Below, one piece after another: positions 48,385 through 60,595 of a DNA stretch of 64,000 bases. The translations under genes and the position numbers were made by a program. The stretch's first letter is position 1. The number at the start of each line of letters is the position of its first letter. The notes below the pieces were generated by a model that saw nothing but the letters and a program-made list of their open reading frames with translations, was not told the DNA's origin and made no database searches. Source of the stretch: Trueperaceae bacterium (lineage in GTDB: Bacteria; Deinococcota; Deinococci; Deinococcales; Trueperaceae). The stretch spans positions 96,001-160,000 of the forward strand of contig OZ243927.1 of assembly GCA_965213925.1 (NCBI GenBank). The letters run 5' to 3'.

Positions 48385-48550
48385 CAGGTTAAGTCTACGG
48401 CGATTTAGCGCGGCCCTAAGTGTCGAAGCTTGAGTAAAGCTCGCGGATAAGGCGTTTTACTGAGGCAAAGAACTCGGACGCAACAGGGTTCACGTTGCCT
48501 CTGCGTTTTGTACCTGCGATGAAAATTCCGACTGATCCTGTTATTGCCCG

Positions 48551-48754
48551 CTACGCGCCGCGCTCCCGCCGCTCCGTCACCGGCTCACCTGCTATACCCC
48601 AGTTGTCCGTCTCGACCTCTTCGATGACAACGATGGTCGTCGCTGGATTCTTGCCGAGTACCTCTTGGAGCAGCTTAGTTGCACCCTCAATCAGCTGGGC
48701 TTTCTGCGCTTTAGTCGCGCCCTCTTCGGTGATTTTTATGTTGACGTAGGGCAT
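48551..48754 (-). CDS. 4-oxalocrotonate tautomerase family protein
   Basis: N-terminal Pro (MPYVNIK), NWGIAG, 67 aa. Confidence 0.92.
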   Translation of the reverse strand: MPYVNIKITEEGATKAQKAQLIEGATKLLQEVLGKNPATTIVVIEEVETDNWGIAGEPVTERRERGA

Positions 48755-48859
48755 GGGCCTCCTCTCAGATGTTCGCGTTTCTAAACGGCGATACGAGAAA
48801 GGGTGAGACTGCTCGCCTCACCCTCATGGTTCATAAGGACGTTCAAACGATTTGGAAGA

Positions 48860-49302
48860 TTATCCCTTTTTCTCCGCCTCTTCGTGCAGGTGCTGTCCTA
48901 AGCCCTCGAGCAAGCTCAAGACCGCGTAGAGCCCGCGCCGCACCTCTTTATCGTAGAGCTTGCCTAGGAGCGCGGTGATGCCGGGCGGGTCGTCTTTGAG
49001 GCTCTCTTGCGCCTTGGCGAGTCCTTTCTGCGTGCCGTCTAAAAAAGCTTGCGCGCCGTCGGGGTTGGTCACGGTGAGCGTCTTAACGAGCACCATCACG
49101 TTATCTACCAAGTTGCGCCCGCCCTGCGAGTCGAGCTGGTCCAGGGCAACCTCCAGAACGCCGTTCTTCTGCGAGATGGCGCTGTTGAGGATGCGGAAGA
49201 CACCTTCTTGGTGTAGCGTTTGCACGAGTCTGTCGAGGTCGTCTTGCGCTGTATCAACGGGTGGCGGGGAGGGTTCGTACTTGTACTGAATGGCTTTTGC
49301 CA

Positions 49303-49303
<1 letters not shown>
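48860..49303 (-). CDS. DUF1641 family protein (YjgD/ForE-like FDH partner)
   Basis: GTG start overlapping the fdh stop; C-terminal LLGKLYDKEVRRGL motif. Confidence 0.8.
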
Positions 49304-52280
<2,977 letters not shown>

Positions 52281-52333
52281 ACTGTGACCCCTCTCTCAAC
52301 ATGTTTTGTTTCTCTAAGTCTAGCACTGCGTCC

Positions 52334-52549
52334 CTAACGGAAGAGCGGCAACGCTTTGATAATCGTAGCGATAAGCCCGTAGGCGAGCGGGATGCCCACC
52401 ACCGCCCAGGCGACCGCAAGCTGTCCCATCGGTCTGCCCTCGTAGGCCTCACTGGGCGGCGAATCCTCTAACGTGACCCGCCCGGTATCATTCTCAGCGC
52501 TACCGCTATCTTTGCCCTTGTCATTACCGTACGCCTCGACTTTAGCCAT
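52334..52549 (-). CDS. Small membrane protein associated with OFA-type MFS
   Basis: C-terminal AWAVVGIPLAYG..TI.KA..LF; GGAG RBS, starts 1 nt after the MFS stop. Confidence 0.75.
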   Translation of the reverse strand: MAKVEAYGNDKGKDSGSAENDTGRVTLEDSPPSEAYEGRPMGQLAVAWAVVGIPLAYGLIATIIKALPLFR

Positions 52550-52550
52550 C

Positions 52551-53963
52551 TCAGTCTCCTGTCGCTTCCGAGGTTTGGGGGGAGGCGGACGCGCCCTCTT
52601 GCGCTTCGACGCTGTACTTCTCGTCCACCGGGGTTACAAAAAAGTTACACACAAAGCCGACGATGAGAAGCCCCGCCATGATGTACATGGTGACGCTGTA
52701 CGCCTGCGCCGCCGGCACGCCGCTGTTGAGCTGCGCGTTTCTCACCCAGTTGATGATAGTCGGTCCGACCACGCCCGCGAGCGACCAGGCGAGCAGCAGC
52801 CGCCCGTGAATCGCGCCGACCTCATAGGTGCCGAAGCGGTCGCGCAAGTACGCCGGAATCGTGGCGAAGCCGCCCCCGTACATCGAGATGATGACGCAAA
52901 AGCCCGCGACGAAAAGCAGCACGCTGCCCATGTTGCCGAAGGTCGGGATGAGAAAGTAGAGCACCGCGCCGAGGGCGAAAAAGACGAAGTAGGTATTTTT
53001 ACGCCCGATGTAGTCCGAGGTAGACGACCAGAAAAAGCGCCCGACCATGTTGAAGATGCTCAGTAGTCCGACGAAGCCGGCGGCGGCGGCGGCGTCCACG
53101 GCGGCCGCTTCGCCCACCGAATCGACCGAGAACATCTCCTGAATCATCAGGGACGCCTGCTGCAACACGCCGATGCCCGCCGTCACGTTCAAAAAGAGCA
53201 CCCCGAAGAGCAGCCAAAACTGCGGCGTGCGAATCGCGGTGTCGGCATCGACGTCGATATTGGCGGCCGCCTCTTTGCCGCCCTCTTCGGGGTTGTAGGC
53301 CGAGGGCTTCCAGCCCTTAGCAGGGATGCGCACGATAAATGCGCCAAACATCATGAGGCAGAGGTAGAGGATACCCAGCGTGACAAAGGTCGGCGCGACC
53401 CCGACGGAATTCTGCGTGCTGTAGATGCCCAGGAGCGTGTTGGAGAGCGGCGAGGCTAGAAGTGCGCCACCGCCGAAGCCCATGATCGCCATGCCCGTCG
53501 CCATGCCGGGGCGGTCGGGGAACCATTTGATAAGGGTCGAGACGGGCGAGATGTAGCCGAGACCTAGCCCGATACCGCCAAGGACCCCGTTGCCTAGGTA
53601 AACGAGCCAGATGCTGTGGATAGAGACGCCTATCGCAGCAACGAAAAACCCGCCGCTAAAGCAGAGCGCCGCGACGAACATCGCCATGCGCGGACCGACG
53701 CGCTCCAACCACTTCCCGAAGATCGCCGCCGCCGCGCCTAAGACGGCAATCGCCACGCTGAAAATCCACTGGATGGTGAACTGGTCCCAGTCGCCAGGTG
53801 CTTGTTCGGAAACGCCAATCAGACGCGACATCGGTCCGTTAAAGACGCTGTAGGCGTAAATTTGACCAATTGAAAGGTGAATGGCTAACGCGGCAGGCGG
53901 CACTAGCCAGCGGCTAAAGCCGGGCTGCGCGACGGTGTTTTCGCGGTCTAAGAATGAGAGCAT
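52551..53963 (-). CDS. MFS transporter, oxalate:formate antiporter (OFA) family
   Basis: HLSIGQ.YAYSVF, KWFPDRPGMATG.AIMGFGGG, YGGGFATIPAY. Confidence 0.92.
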   Translation of the reverse strand: MLSFLDRENTVAQPGFSRWLVPPAALAIHLSIGQIYAYSVFNGPMSRLIGVSEQAPGDWDQFTIQWIFSVAIAVLGAAAAIFGKWLERVGPRMAMFVAALCFSGGFFVAAIGVSIHSIWLVYLGNGVLGGIGLGLGYISPVSTLIKWFPDRPGMATGMAIMGFGGGALLASPLSNTLLGIYSTQNSVGVAPTFVTLGILYLCLMMFGAFIVRIPAKGWKPSAYNPEEGGKEAAANIDVDADTAIRTPQFWLLFGVLFLNVTAGIGVLQQASLMIQEMFSVDSVGEAAAVDAAAAAGFVGLLSIFNMVGRFFWSSTSDYIGRKNTYFVFFALGAVLYFLIPTFGNMGSVLLFVAGFCVIISMYGGGFATIPAYLRDRFGTYEVGAIHGRLLLAWSLAGVVGPTIINWVRNAQLNSGVPAAQAYSVTMYIMAGLLIVGFVCNFFVTPVDEKYSVEAQEGASASPQTSEATGD

Positions 53964-54044
53964 GGGGTGAACCTCCTAAGGGTGGAAGAGGAAAGGTAAG
54001 AGATAGAAGCGATGAGCGGTTACTTTTTGCACGTGAACTAAGGG

Positions 54045-54920
54045 CTAGGCATAACGACCTTCTTGAGACCTGACCAATTCGGGCGTAGATTTGGACTGCT
54101 CGATACGCTCCTCACCCGCGTAGATATTAAAGCGCTCCCCGCGCAAAAAGCCGACGAGCGTCATGTCGAACTCCTTCGCCACCGAAACTGCCAAGCTGCT
54201 CGGCGCAGACACGGCACAGACCACCTGCACGCCCGCCGCGAGCGACTTCTGTAAAAGCTCAAAACTCGCCCGTCCGCTCAATAAAACGATATGCTCTGAC
54301 AGGGGAAGTAGATTCTCCAAAAGTGCCCAGCCGAGAAGCTTGTCGAGCGCATTGTGCCGCCCGACATCCTCGCGGAGCGCCCGCAGCTCTCCCTCTTTCG
54401 AAAAGAGCGCCGCCGCGTGCAAGCCGCCCGTCGCTTCAAAAAGCCCTTGCGCGTCCCTTAGTTTGTCGGGTAGGGCGGTAATTTGCTCGGGTGTTACGCT
54501 GAACGTCTGTGGAGGCGCGGCGCAGCGAACCTCTAACGCCTCTAAACTTGCTTTGCCGCACACACCGCAGGCTGACGAGGTGTAGAAGTGCCGCTCCAAG
54601 CTGCGCAGGTCGGGCAACTCGCCGCGCAACGTTACGTTCACAATGTTGTAACGCTGCTCCGCGTCCGCATCCACGCAGTAGGAGATGCGCTCAATGTCGT
54701 CTCGAGTCTGCAAGACGCCTTCGCAAAACAAAAAGCCCGAAGCAAGCTCGAAATCACTGCCCGGCGTGCGCATGGTCACGGCGACGCTTTGACGCTCTGC
54801 TCTGCTCAGCAGGCGAATCTCTAGGGGCTCTTCCGTCGCCAAAACGTCACGCCGCACCTGCGCTTCGCCCTGCACAACCCTCGCAACAGTAGCTTTCGTC
54901 TTGCTCTTAGGGCGCTTCAC
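54045..54920 (-). CDS. fdhD: Formate dehydrogenase accessory sulfurtransferase
   Basis: EEPLEI, MRTPG, SSACGVCG, TGGLHAA, EDVGRHNALDK. Confidence 0.96.
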   Translation of the reverse strand: MKRPKSKTKATVARVVQGEAQVRRDVLATEEPLEIRLLSRAERQSVAVTMRTPGSDFELASGFLFCEGVLQTRDDIERISYCVDADAEQRYNIVNVTLRGELPDLRSLERHFYTSSACGVCGKASLEALEVRCAAPPQTFSVTPEQITALPDKLRDAQGLFEATGGLHAAALFSKEGELRALREDVGRHNALDKLLGWALLENLLPLSEHIVLLSGRASFELLQKSLAAGVQVVCAVSAPSSLAVSVAKEFDMTLVGFLRGERFNIYAGEERIEQSKSTPELVRSQEGRYA

Positions 54921-54977
54921 GCCCGCTCGTCCTCAGACACCCCTTTGGTCCTTTGCCCGCTCCATGCACCCCACCTC

Positions 54978-55027
54978 TCTCCGGTACTCATTATTCTCCG
55001 GTACTCATTATTTCCAATACTGATTGT
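54978..55027. repeat. 17-bp tandem repeat (TCTCCGGTACTCATTAT)x2 plus a degenerate third copy
   Basis: Seen directly in the fdhD-moaA divergent spacer. Confidence 0.7.
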
Positions 55028-55313
55028 CCGTCATCTCTACAAGTGCTTCGCACTGCGGACTGATGTCACCAAAGTAGCAGATTAAGGTGCGCATAAAGTA
55101 GTGCAAGAACGGTTTTTGGAACACACCTCGCCGAGTGGACGTCAGAATGAGATACTCAAGTTAAGGTGCTACAGATGAAGGGGGCAAATTATGGACGCTC
55201 GAGCCTCCTATGCAAGTTTGTAAGACTCGAGCCCCACATCACGTTACCCTCACCAACTTTTGCGTTAGGATGAAATCAATGATGCACGTTCGTTTCAACT
55301 TTTTAGGGGACGC

Positions 55314-56291
55314 GTGAGGTCGCTCGTCGACCAGCACGGGCGCGTCGTGCGCGACCTGCGCATCAGCGTGACGCCTCGGTGCAACTTCAAGTGCTTTTAC
55401 TGTGACCCGCTCGGGCATGGGCGTAAGGACCCGTTAGGTACGATTAGCGTGACGGACGTGCGCCATGTGCTCTCTGCGGCGGTGAGTTTAGGCGTGGAGT
55501 CGGTGCGCTTCACGGGCGGCGAACCCCTTTTGCGCAAAGAACTCCCTGAGATGATCGCGCTTGCCAGAGAACTCGGCGTCCAAGACGTCGCCTTGACCAC
55601 CAACGCGAGCCTCTTAAAGCGGCGCTTACCCGACCTCTTAGCCGCCGGGCTTGACAGAGTCAACATCTCGCTCGACGCGGTCGACCCCGACGTCTTTCGC
55701 CAAGCGACCAAAGGCGGCAACATAGAGCAGGTGTGGGAGGGCATCGAGGCGGTGATGGCGGCGGGGCTGCACCCTGTCAAGCTCAATACCGTGATGATTC
55801 GTGGCATCAACGACGGCGAACTCTTGGCGCTGGCGGAACTCTCTAAAGACCTCCCCATCCACGTGCGCTACATCGAATACATGCACCTCAACAACGCCAC
55901 TTCAGAGGATTACTATGAGGCGTTTATGCCGGGACGCGAGATTCGTGAGCGGATCGAGACGGCGTTCGGTGCGTTAGCGCCCCTCACGACCGACCCGAGT
56001 GCGCCCGCTAAGCTCTTCAAGGTTTCAGGTTGGCAGGGTGCGTTAGGCTTTATCAACCCTGTCTCCGAGCCCTTCTGCGGCGCGTGCAGCCGCATGAGGC
56101 TCACCAGCGACGCTAAACTGCGCCCTTGTCTGCTGAATGACCGCGAGCTGGATTTGCGCCCCGCTCTAAACGCGGCGGAGCCTGTTGCGGCGATTCAAGA
56201 GACTTTTTTAGTCGCCGCGCACCGCAAAGTCGCTTCGGGCGTCACGACGCCTGTAGATAGACCGAGGACGATGGTGGCCATCGGCGGCTGA
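55314..56291 (+). CDS. moaA: GTP 3',8-cyclase (Moco biosynthesis radical SAM)
   Basis: LRISVT.RCNFKC.YC, FTGGEP, FCGAC.R.RLT..KLRPCL, C-terminal IGG. Confidence 0.96.
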   Translation: MRSLVDQHGRVVRDLRISVTPRCNFKCFYCDPLGHGRKDPLGTISVTDVRHVLSAAVSLGVESVRFTGGEPLLRKELPEMIALARELGVQDVALTTNASLLKRRLPDLLAAGLDRVNISLDAVDPDVFRQATKGGNIEQVWEGIEAVMAAGLHPVKLNTVMIRGINDGELLALAELSKDLPIHVRYIEYMHLNNATSEDYYEAFMPGREIRERIETAFGALAPLTTDPSAPAKLFKVSGWQGALGFINPVSEPFCGACSRMRLTSDAKLRPCLLNDRELDLRPALNAAEPVAAIQETFLVAAHRKVASGVTTPVDRPRTMVAIGG

Positions 56292-56698
56292 CTGTGTTTC
56301 AAATAGTATTCTAGTACTACATTTATAACGTTATACCGTTGACGCCTGCTACGGCCATTTTCTGTCGTCCTCACGAGAGGACCTAGCTTTACCATGTCGT
56401 TCTAAAGAGGGTCAAAGCGTATGATTGACCTTACAATTCGTAGGTTTAAGCATGTAAATATGCGGTTGCGACTCGACATTTTGGCTTTAATGCACGAAAG
56501 CACGACCATGCAGGTTGGACCGCTAAACTGGTCTAAAACCGCAGCCTGCACCTCTTTTCTTTTGTCTTCGCGCCTGGTAGTGTAGTATTCAAATACATCA
56601 TAGAGCAAGGAGGTGGAGCGCCGTTTAAGTTTTAGAGCGAAAAGCTCAAGCTAGAAGCCCCGAGCACCACGCAGCTACCCCCCAAGAAGGAGCACATT

Positions 56699-57520
56699 AT
56701 GGAGTCTGGACTGCCTGTACTGACTGTAGGACAGTATCAACTAGCCTACAACGCCTTGTCATTTGCGATCGCGGCAATGGTCGCGGGCGCGTTTTTCTTT
56801 ATTCTAGCGCGTCCCTATGTCGGCGAGAAGTACCGCTCATCACTACTTATCTCTGCTATCGTCGTAATTATCGCGGCGTACCACTATTTCCGCATCTTTA
56901 ACTCTTGGAGCGACGCCTACGCCTTCGAGGGCGGCGTTTACATGCCGACGGGCGAGCCCTTCAATGACCTCTACCGCTATATCGACTGGCTCCTGACTGT
57001 GCCGCTTCTCTTGACCGAGACCGTAGCTGTGCTGGCGCTGCCGCGCGGAAAGTCCGGCTCGCTCATCGCCCGTTTAGCGTTCGCCGCCGTGCTGATGATC
57101 GCGCTCGGCTACCCCGGCGAGATTCTGGACCCGCAAAATCAGTTCTGGGCGCGCTTCGGTTGGGGTTTCCTCAGCTCGGTGCCCTTCGCTTATATCCTCT
57201 ACGTACTCTGGGTGGAACTCGGCAATCAGCTCGAGCAAGAGTCCGATCAGGTCAGAAAGCTCGTGCGCAATTTGCGGCTTCTGCTCCTCGGTACCTGGGG
57301 CGTTTACCCTATCGCCTATATGATCCCGATGTTTGGTCTTCAGGGCGCTTGGGCGGAGGTCGGGCTGCAACTCGGTTACACGCTCGCTGACGTGCTCGCC
57401 AAGCCCGCCTTCGGTCTGCTCATCTACGCCATCGCGCGCGCTAAAACACGCGAGGACGAGGGCGACGTGGGCGTGGGCTCAGAGGAGGGCTCACAGGCTT
57501 CCGCTGCTGCAACGGATTAA
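56699..57520 (+). CDS. Microbial rhodopsin, xanthorhodopsin/Gloeobacter-rhodopsin type proton pump
   Basis: 7 TM; YHY; YRYIDWLLTVPLLLTE (DTE motif); LGYPGE; WGVYPI; retinal-binding DVLAK. Confidence 0.95.
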   Translation: MESGLPVLTVGQYQLAYNALSFAIAAMVAGAFFFILARPYVGEKYRSSLLISAIVVIIAAYHYFRIFNSWSDAYAFEGGVYMPTGEPFNDLYRYIDWLLTVPLLLTETVAVLALPRGKSGSLIARLAFAAVLMIALGYPGEILDPQNQFWARFGWGFLSSVPFAYILYVLWVELGNQLEQESDQVRKLVRNLRLLLLGTWGVYPIAYMIPMFGLQGAWAEVGLQLGYTLADVLAKPAFGLLIYAIARAKTREDEGDVGVGSEEGSQASAAATD

Positions 57521-57535
57521 GCTAGATCAGAAGTT

Positions 57536-57569
57536 AGGAGAAGCTCTGCGTGACTGAGGAGCTTCTCCT
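57536..57569. terminator. Stem-loop between convergent rhodopsin and response regulator genes
   Basis: AGGAGAAGCTC-N12-GAGCTTCTCCT. Confidence 0.7.
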
Positions 57570-57576
57570 TCTGTGT

Positions 57577-57936
57577 TTAAGGCTGCGTTAGAAGCGCTTC
57601 GACACGCTCACGCAGCCTCTTAATGTCTAAAGGTTTCTCGAAGAAGTCTGCAACACCCAAAGCCTCGAGTCCAAGCGCTTTGTTCTGCGGGCGCTGCGCA
57701 CTCATCACAATCTTAGGGAGGTCGGGGCGGTCTTGTAAGTGACCGAGCAGCTCCAACCCGTCCATCTGCGGCATGTTGATGTCCGTAATCAGCAAGTCGA
57801 TAGGTTGCTGCTCCAGTATGCCTAGCGCCTCTAAGCCGTTCTCGGCAAAGTAGAGGTCGTGACCCGTCCGGCTCAAGATACCTCTTAGAAGAACGCGGAT
57901 AGAGGGTTGGTCGTCGACAATGAGGATGCTCGCCAC
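57577..57936 (-). CDS. Single-domain response regulator (receiver only)
   Basis: ILIVDD, DINMPQMDG, MSA, KP. Confidence 0.92.
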   Translation of the reverse strand: MASILIVDDQPSIRVLLRGILSRTGHDLYFAENGLEALGILEQQPIDLLITDINMPQMDGLELLGHLQDRPDLPKIVMSAQRPQNKALGLEALGVADFFEKPLDIKRLRERVEALLTQP

Positions 57937-57980
57937 AACGCTGAGGGTAGCGCACGGGCTCTTACAAAATTCTTACAAAT

Positions 57981-59063
57981 CTAGTCGAGCACTTCCAAGC
58001 GGTGAACCTCATACTCGTTCTCGCAGGGCGGTCCGTCGCTCACGAACATCGTCAAGCTGTTTAGCTCCATAATGATGGACGTGACGGTCGCATATTGGTC
58101 GTACGCGGCGTCCGTGGTGTCGGGGTGGCGGCAGATGGAGTTAGGGTGACCCTGATGGTCGCGCAGCCGCGCCTTGACCTCTTCGGCCGTGAAGGTCGGC
58201 TGGTCGTGAAGGAGGGCGCTCAGGCGCTTATGACGCTCATAAGACTGCGGGCGGTGCTCGTCTTCGGGTGGCTCGACGACGCCCGCCACGTCCGGATCGA
58301 CGAAGTGGTTCGCGTGAACGACGACGCCTTCGTCGAGCGCCGGCTTGTAGAGAGTATCCGGAGCAGCTTCGATGTTAACGAGTTTATCCGGCGCTTGCGC
58401 GATGACAAAATTCGCTGAGCACGCCCGCTTTTTGCTCGTCACAACCGCCACCGCCGCTTCGAAGGTGCGCTGGCGCAAGATGTTGTAGCAGCGCACGTGA
58501 AAGGGCGTGTGAAAGCTCATCCACTCATCCGCTGTGCTCGTCAAGCCGTTGATGGCGAGCCCGAGCCGCGCGCTGTTCGCGCCGATCTTTCCGCCGACGA
58601 TGCCCGCTTCGGTAAAGCTGAGGGTCTGTAAACCGTCTTCATGTGTCGCGTGAAGTAGCGCGCCTTTGACCTGCGGAATCCAGTCCCAGTTTTGTCCGAT
58701 GAAAAGCTCGCGCGCCTCGGTACGCTCTGGCGCTAAGGCGAACGAAGTGCAACCGTCCGCGACGCCGAACTCATAGTAGAGAAGCTCGTAGCGGATGTTG
58801 AGCGCGGTAATAATGGTGAGGTCCGTGCTGGAGCCCTCCGCGACGCCTCGCATAGCGGCGTAGTAGTCGGGACTGGCGCGCCGGATCACATCTTCGTAAG
58901 CGTGAGCGCGCTCCACGACCTCTGTAGGTGACAGCCCGACCTCTTCTTCGAAGCGCTGAAAGTAAACGTTGACGTTATGCTGAATTTCGCCCCTAAGCGC
59001 TCCTCCGTGCGCGAGCCCTTGCTCAAAAGGTGAACCGTATAATGGGATCATGGGTAGGCTCAA
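57981..59063 (-). CDS. C45 family Ntn hydrolase (AAT/isopenicillin-N acyltransferase-like)
   Basis: Autocleavage site DG|CTS, GQNWDW, TEAG..GKIG.N, HANHF; TTG start after GGAGG. Confidence 0.85.
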   Translation of the reverse strand: MSLPMIPLYGSPFEQGLAHGGALRGEIQHNVNVYFQRFEEEVGLSPTEVVERAHAYEDVIRRASPDYYAAMRGVAEGSSTDLTIITALNIRYELLYYEFGVADGCTSFALAPERTEARELFIGQNWDWIPQVKGALLHATHEDGLQTLSFTEAGIVGGKIGANSARLGLAINGLTSTADEWMSFHTPFHVRCYNILRQRTFEAAVAVVTSKKRACSANFVIAQAPDKLVNIEAAPDTLYKPALDEGVVVHANHFVDPDVAGVVEPPEDEHRPQSYERHKRLSALLHDQPTFTAEEVKARLRDHQGHPNSICRHPDTTDAAYDQYATVTSIIMELNSLTMFVSDGPPCENEYEVHRLEVLD

Positions 59064-59204
59064 CGTGCCACCTCCGACGTTCAAGTGTTGATTAAAAAAC
59101 TTGCTTGCAGTAGAACGTGTATATGGTTCGCTGCTTCGCAGCATCTGAATCTCGTAGGTTCAGACAGAAACTCAGTATGACCCACGTTGGCGTAAATGCA
59201 AGTA

Positions 59205-59232
59205 AGGGCGACACCTACTGCGGTGTCGCCCT
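59205..59232. repeat. REP-like/terminator hairpin
   Basis: AGGGCGACACC-TACTGC-GGTGTCGCCCT. Confidence 0.55.
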
Positions 59233-59303
59233 CTAAGCTCTATCCGGTTTGCTATTTTTACAGGCGTGCTGTTTGTCGCAACGCTCAAGTTTCGCGGGAA
59301 GTC

Positions 59304-60404
59304 TCAGTTTATTTGGGGCTTTACTTTTACGCTTACTGTGCGCGGTAGGTCGAGCATTCCGGTGCGTTTCGCTGAGGCGAGGTAGTTGGCGACGCGCCCG
59401 TAGTCTTTGATACCCGCGCTCACGCCCTGCGTGCGCAAGTAGGAGTCGTAGACCTTCGTCTGCACCTTCTTGACCGGCTTGGGCGGGTGATACTTGAGCC
59501 GCACCGCTTGTCTCTCGGCGAGGTCGTCTAGGGCGATTTGGGGGAGTAGGTCGTACGCTGCCCTGTAAGCGTCGCCGGGAAGCCTCCAGGCGAAACGCGA
59601 GAAGAGGCTTAGCGCCACGCTGTAACGCACGTAGGGGTCGTCCGCCTGCAAACCCGCCATCGCCGCGACGAAGTCCGTCTCGGCCTCGCTGCTGTAGCCC
59701 GCGACGTGCGCGAGTTCGTGCAAGCCTACCGCTAAGAAGGCGTAGTCGGGCAGCGCTCCGTCGACGTGCGCCTCGAGCCAAAAGGGTGAGATCACGCCCG
59801 TCGCTTGTCCGCCCGATATCAGGAGCCCCGGCGGGGTGGCTTTGACTTTTGAAGGCAGCGTCACCTCCTGCCCTTCAAAGCTGTAGACAACCCTTCTAAG
59901 CGACGCTTTTCCGGCTCGGAACGAGGCCGCGAGGTCGGGATTATGCGCGGCGTGAGCATTATCCGCCACGACCTGTGCCAAGCTCAAGGTGAGGTCGGTC
60001 ATCTCTTCGGTGGTGGCGGGGGCAAGCTCGAGCGCGCTGCGCGCTTGGAGGGGGCTACGGCTATAGTTCGCGCCCCACGTCGCTAAAAAGAGCGCGTAGA
60101 CGACCAGCGACGCCGCCGCGCCGCGCCAGCACCACATGAGCGCAAAGCGCCGCAGCCCGCTGCGTTTCTTCCAGGAACGAAAGAGGAGCAGCGGTACGCC
60201 GACGAGCAGGAGGATAAAGCTCAGCCCCGTCAGCGAAAAGGGTACGGCGTCGCTTATCGGCACGAGCACGGCGGCGATGTGTCTGTAGATACGTCCCGAA
60301 TACACGCTGTTGACCCACGCGGCTGACGGGGCGAGCAGCGTCCACGCCGCGATGAGTGCGCCGAGTAAGGCGGCGAAACCGTAGAGAAGACCGTAGCGAA
60401 GCAT
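59304..60404 (-). CDS. DUF3810-like membrane-anchored putative zinc metalloprotein
   Basis: N-terminal TMs, WGANY.R, G..SPF..E, HELAH..G..SE.E..F. Confidence 0.8.
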   Translation of the reverse strand: MLRYGLLYGFAALLGALIAAWTLLAPSAAWVNSVYSGRIYRHIAAVLVPISDAVPFSLTGLSFILLLVGVPLLLFRSWKKRSGLRRFALMWCWRGAAASLVVYALFLATWGANYSRSPLQARSALELAPATTEEMTDLTLSLAQVVADNAHAAHNPDLAASFRAGKASLRRVVYSFEGQEVTLPSKVKATPPGLLISGGQATGVISPFWLEAHVDGALPDYAFLAVGLHELAHVAGYSSEAETDFVAAMAGLQADDPYVRYSVALSLFSRFAWRLPGDAYRAAYDLLPQIALDDLAERQAVRLKYHPPKPVKKVQTKVYDSYLRTQGVSAGIKDYGRVANYLASAKRTGMLDLPRTVSVKVKPQIN

Positions 60405-60595
60405 AGGTCATGTTAGGCGCTTTGAGGGGGACAGCGTGTTAGAAAGTTAAGGTTTACTGAACCTCATGAAGTATCTGTAAAACTTCTGGCAGACTCGTCG
60501 GAGACGGCCGTGAGGGAATTTTAACGCCCTGCGAATAGGGCTTGAATTTCTCACGCAGAAGCGTATTGGCTGATGAGCTAACGCGACTAAACGCT

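Noticed and set aside
55020..55313. Moco riboswitch upstream of moaA
   Set aside because: Could not identify the conserved stems; needs a covariance-model search
56292..56698. Possible CarH/LitR light-responsive operator or sRNA upstream of the rhodopsin
   Set aside because: AT-rich spacer, but no convincing 11-bp direct-repeat array or structured RNA visible by eye
57577..57936. Response regulator as a rhodopsin transducer
   Set aside because: Convergent orientation with a terminator between, and the rhodopsin has pump-type DTE residues
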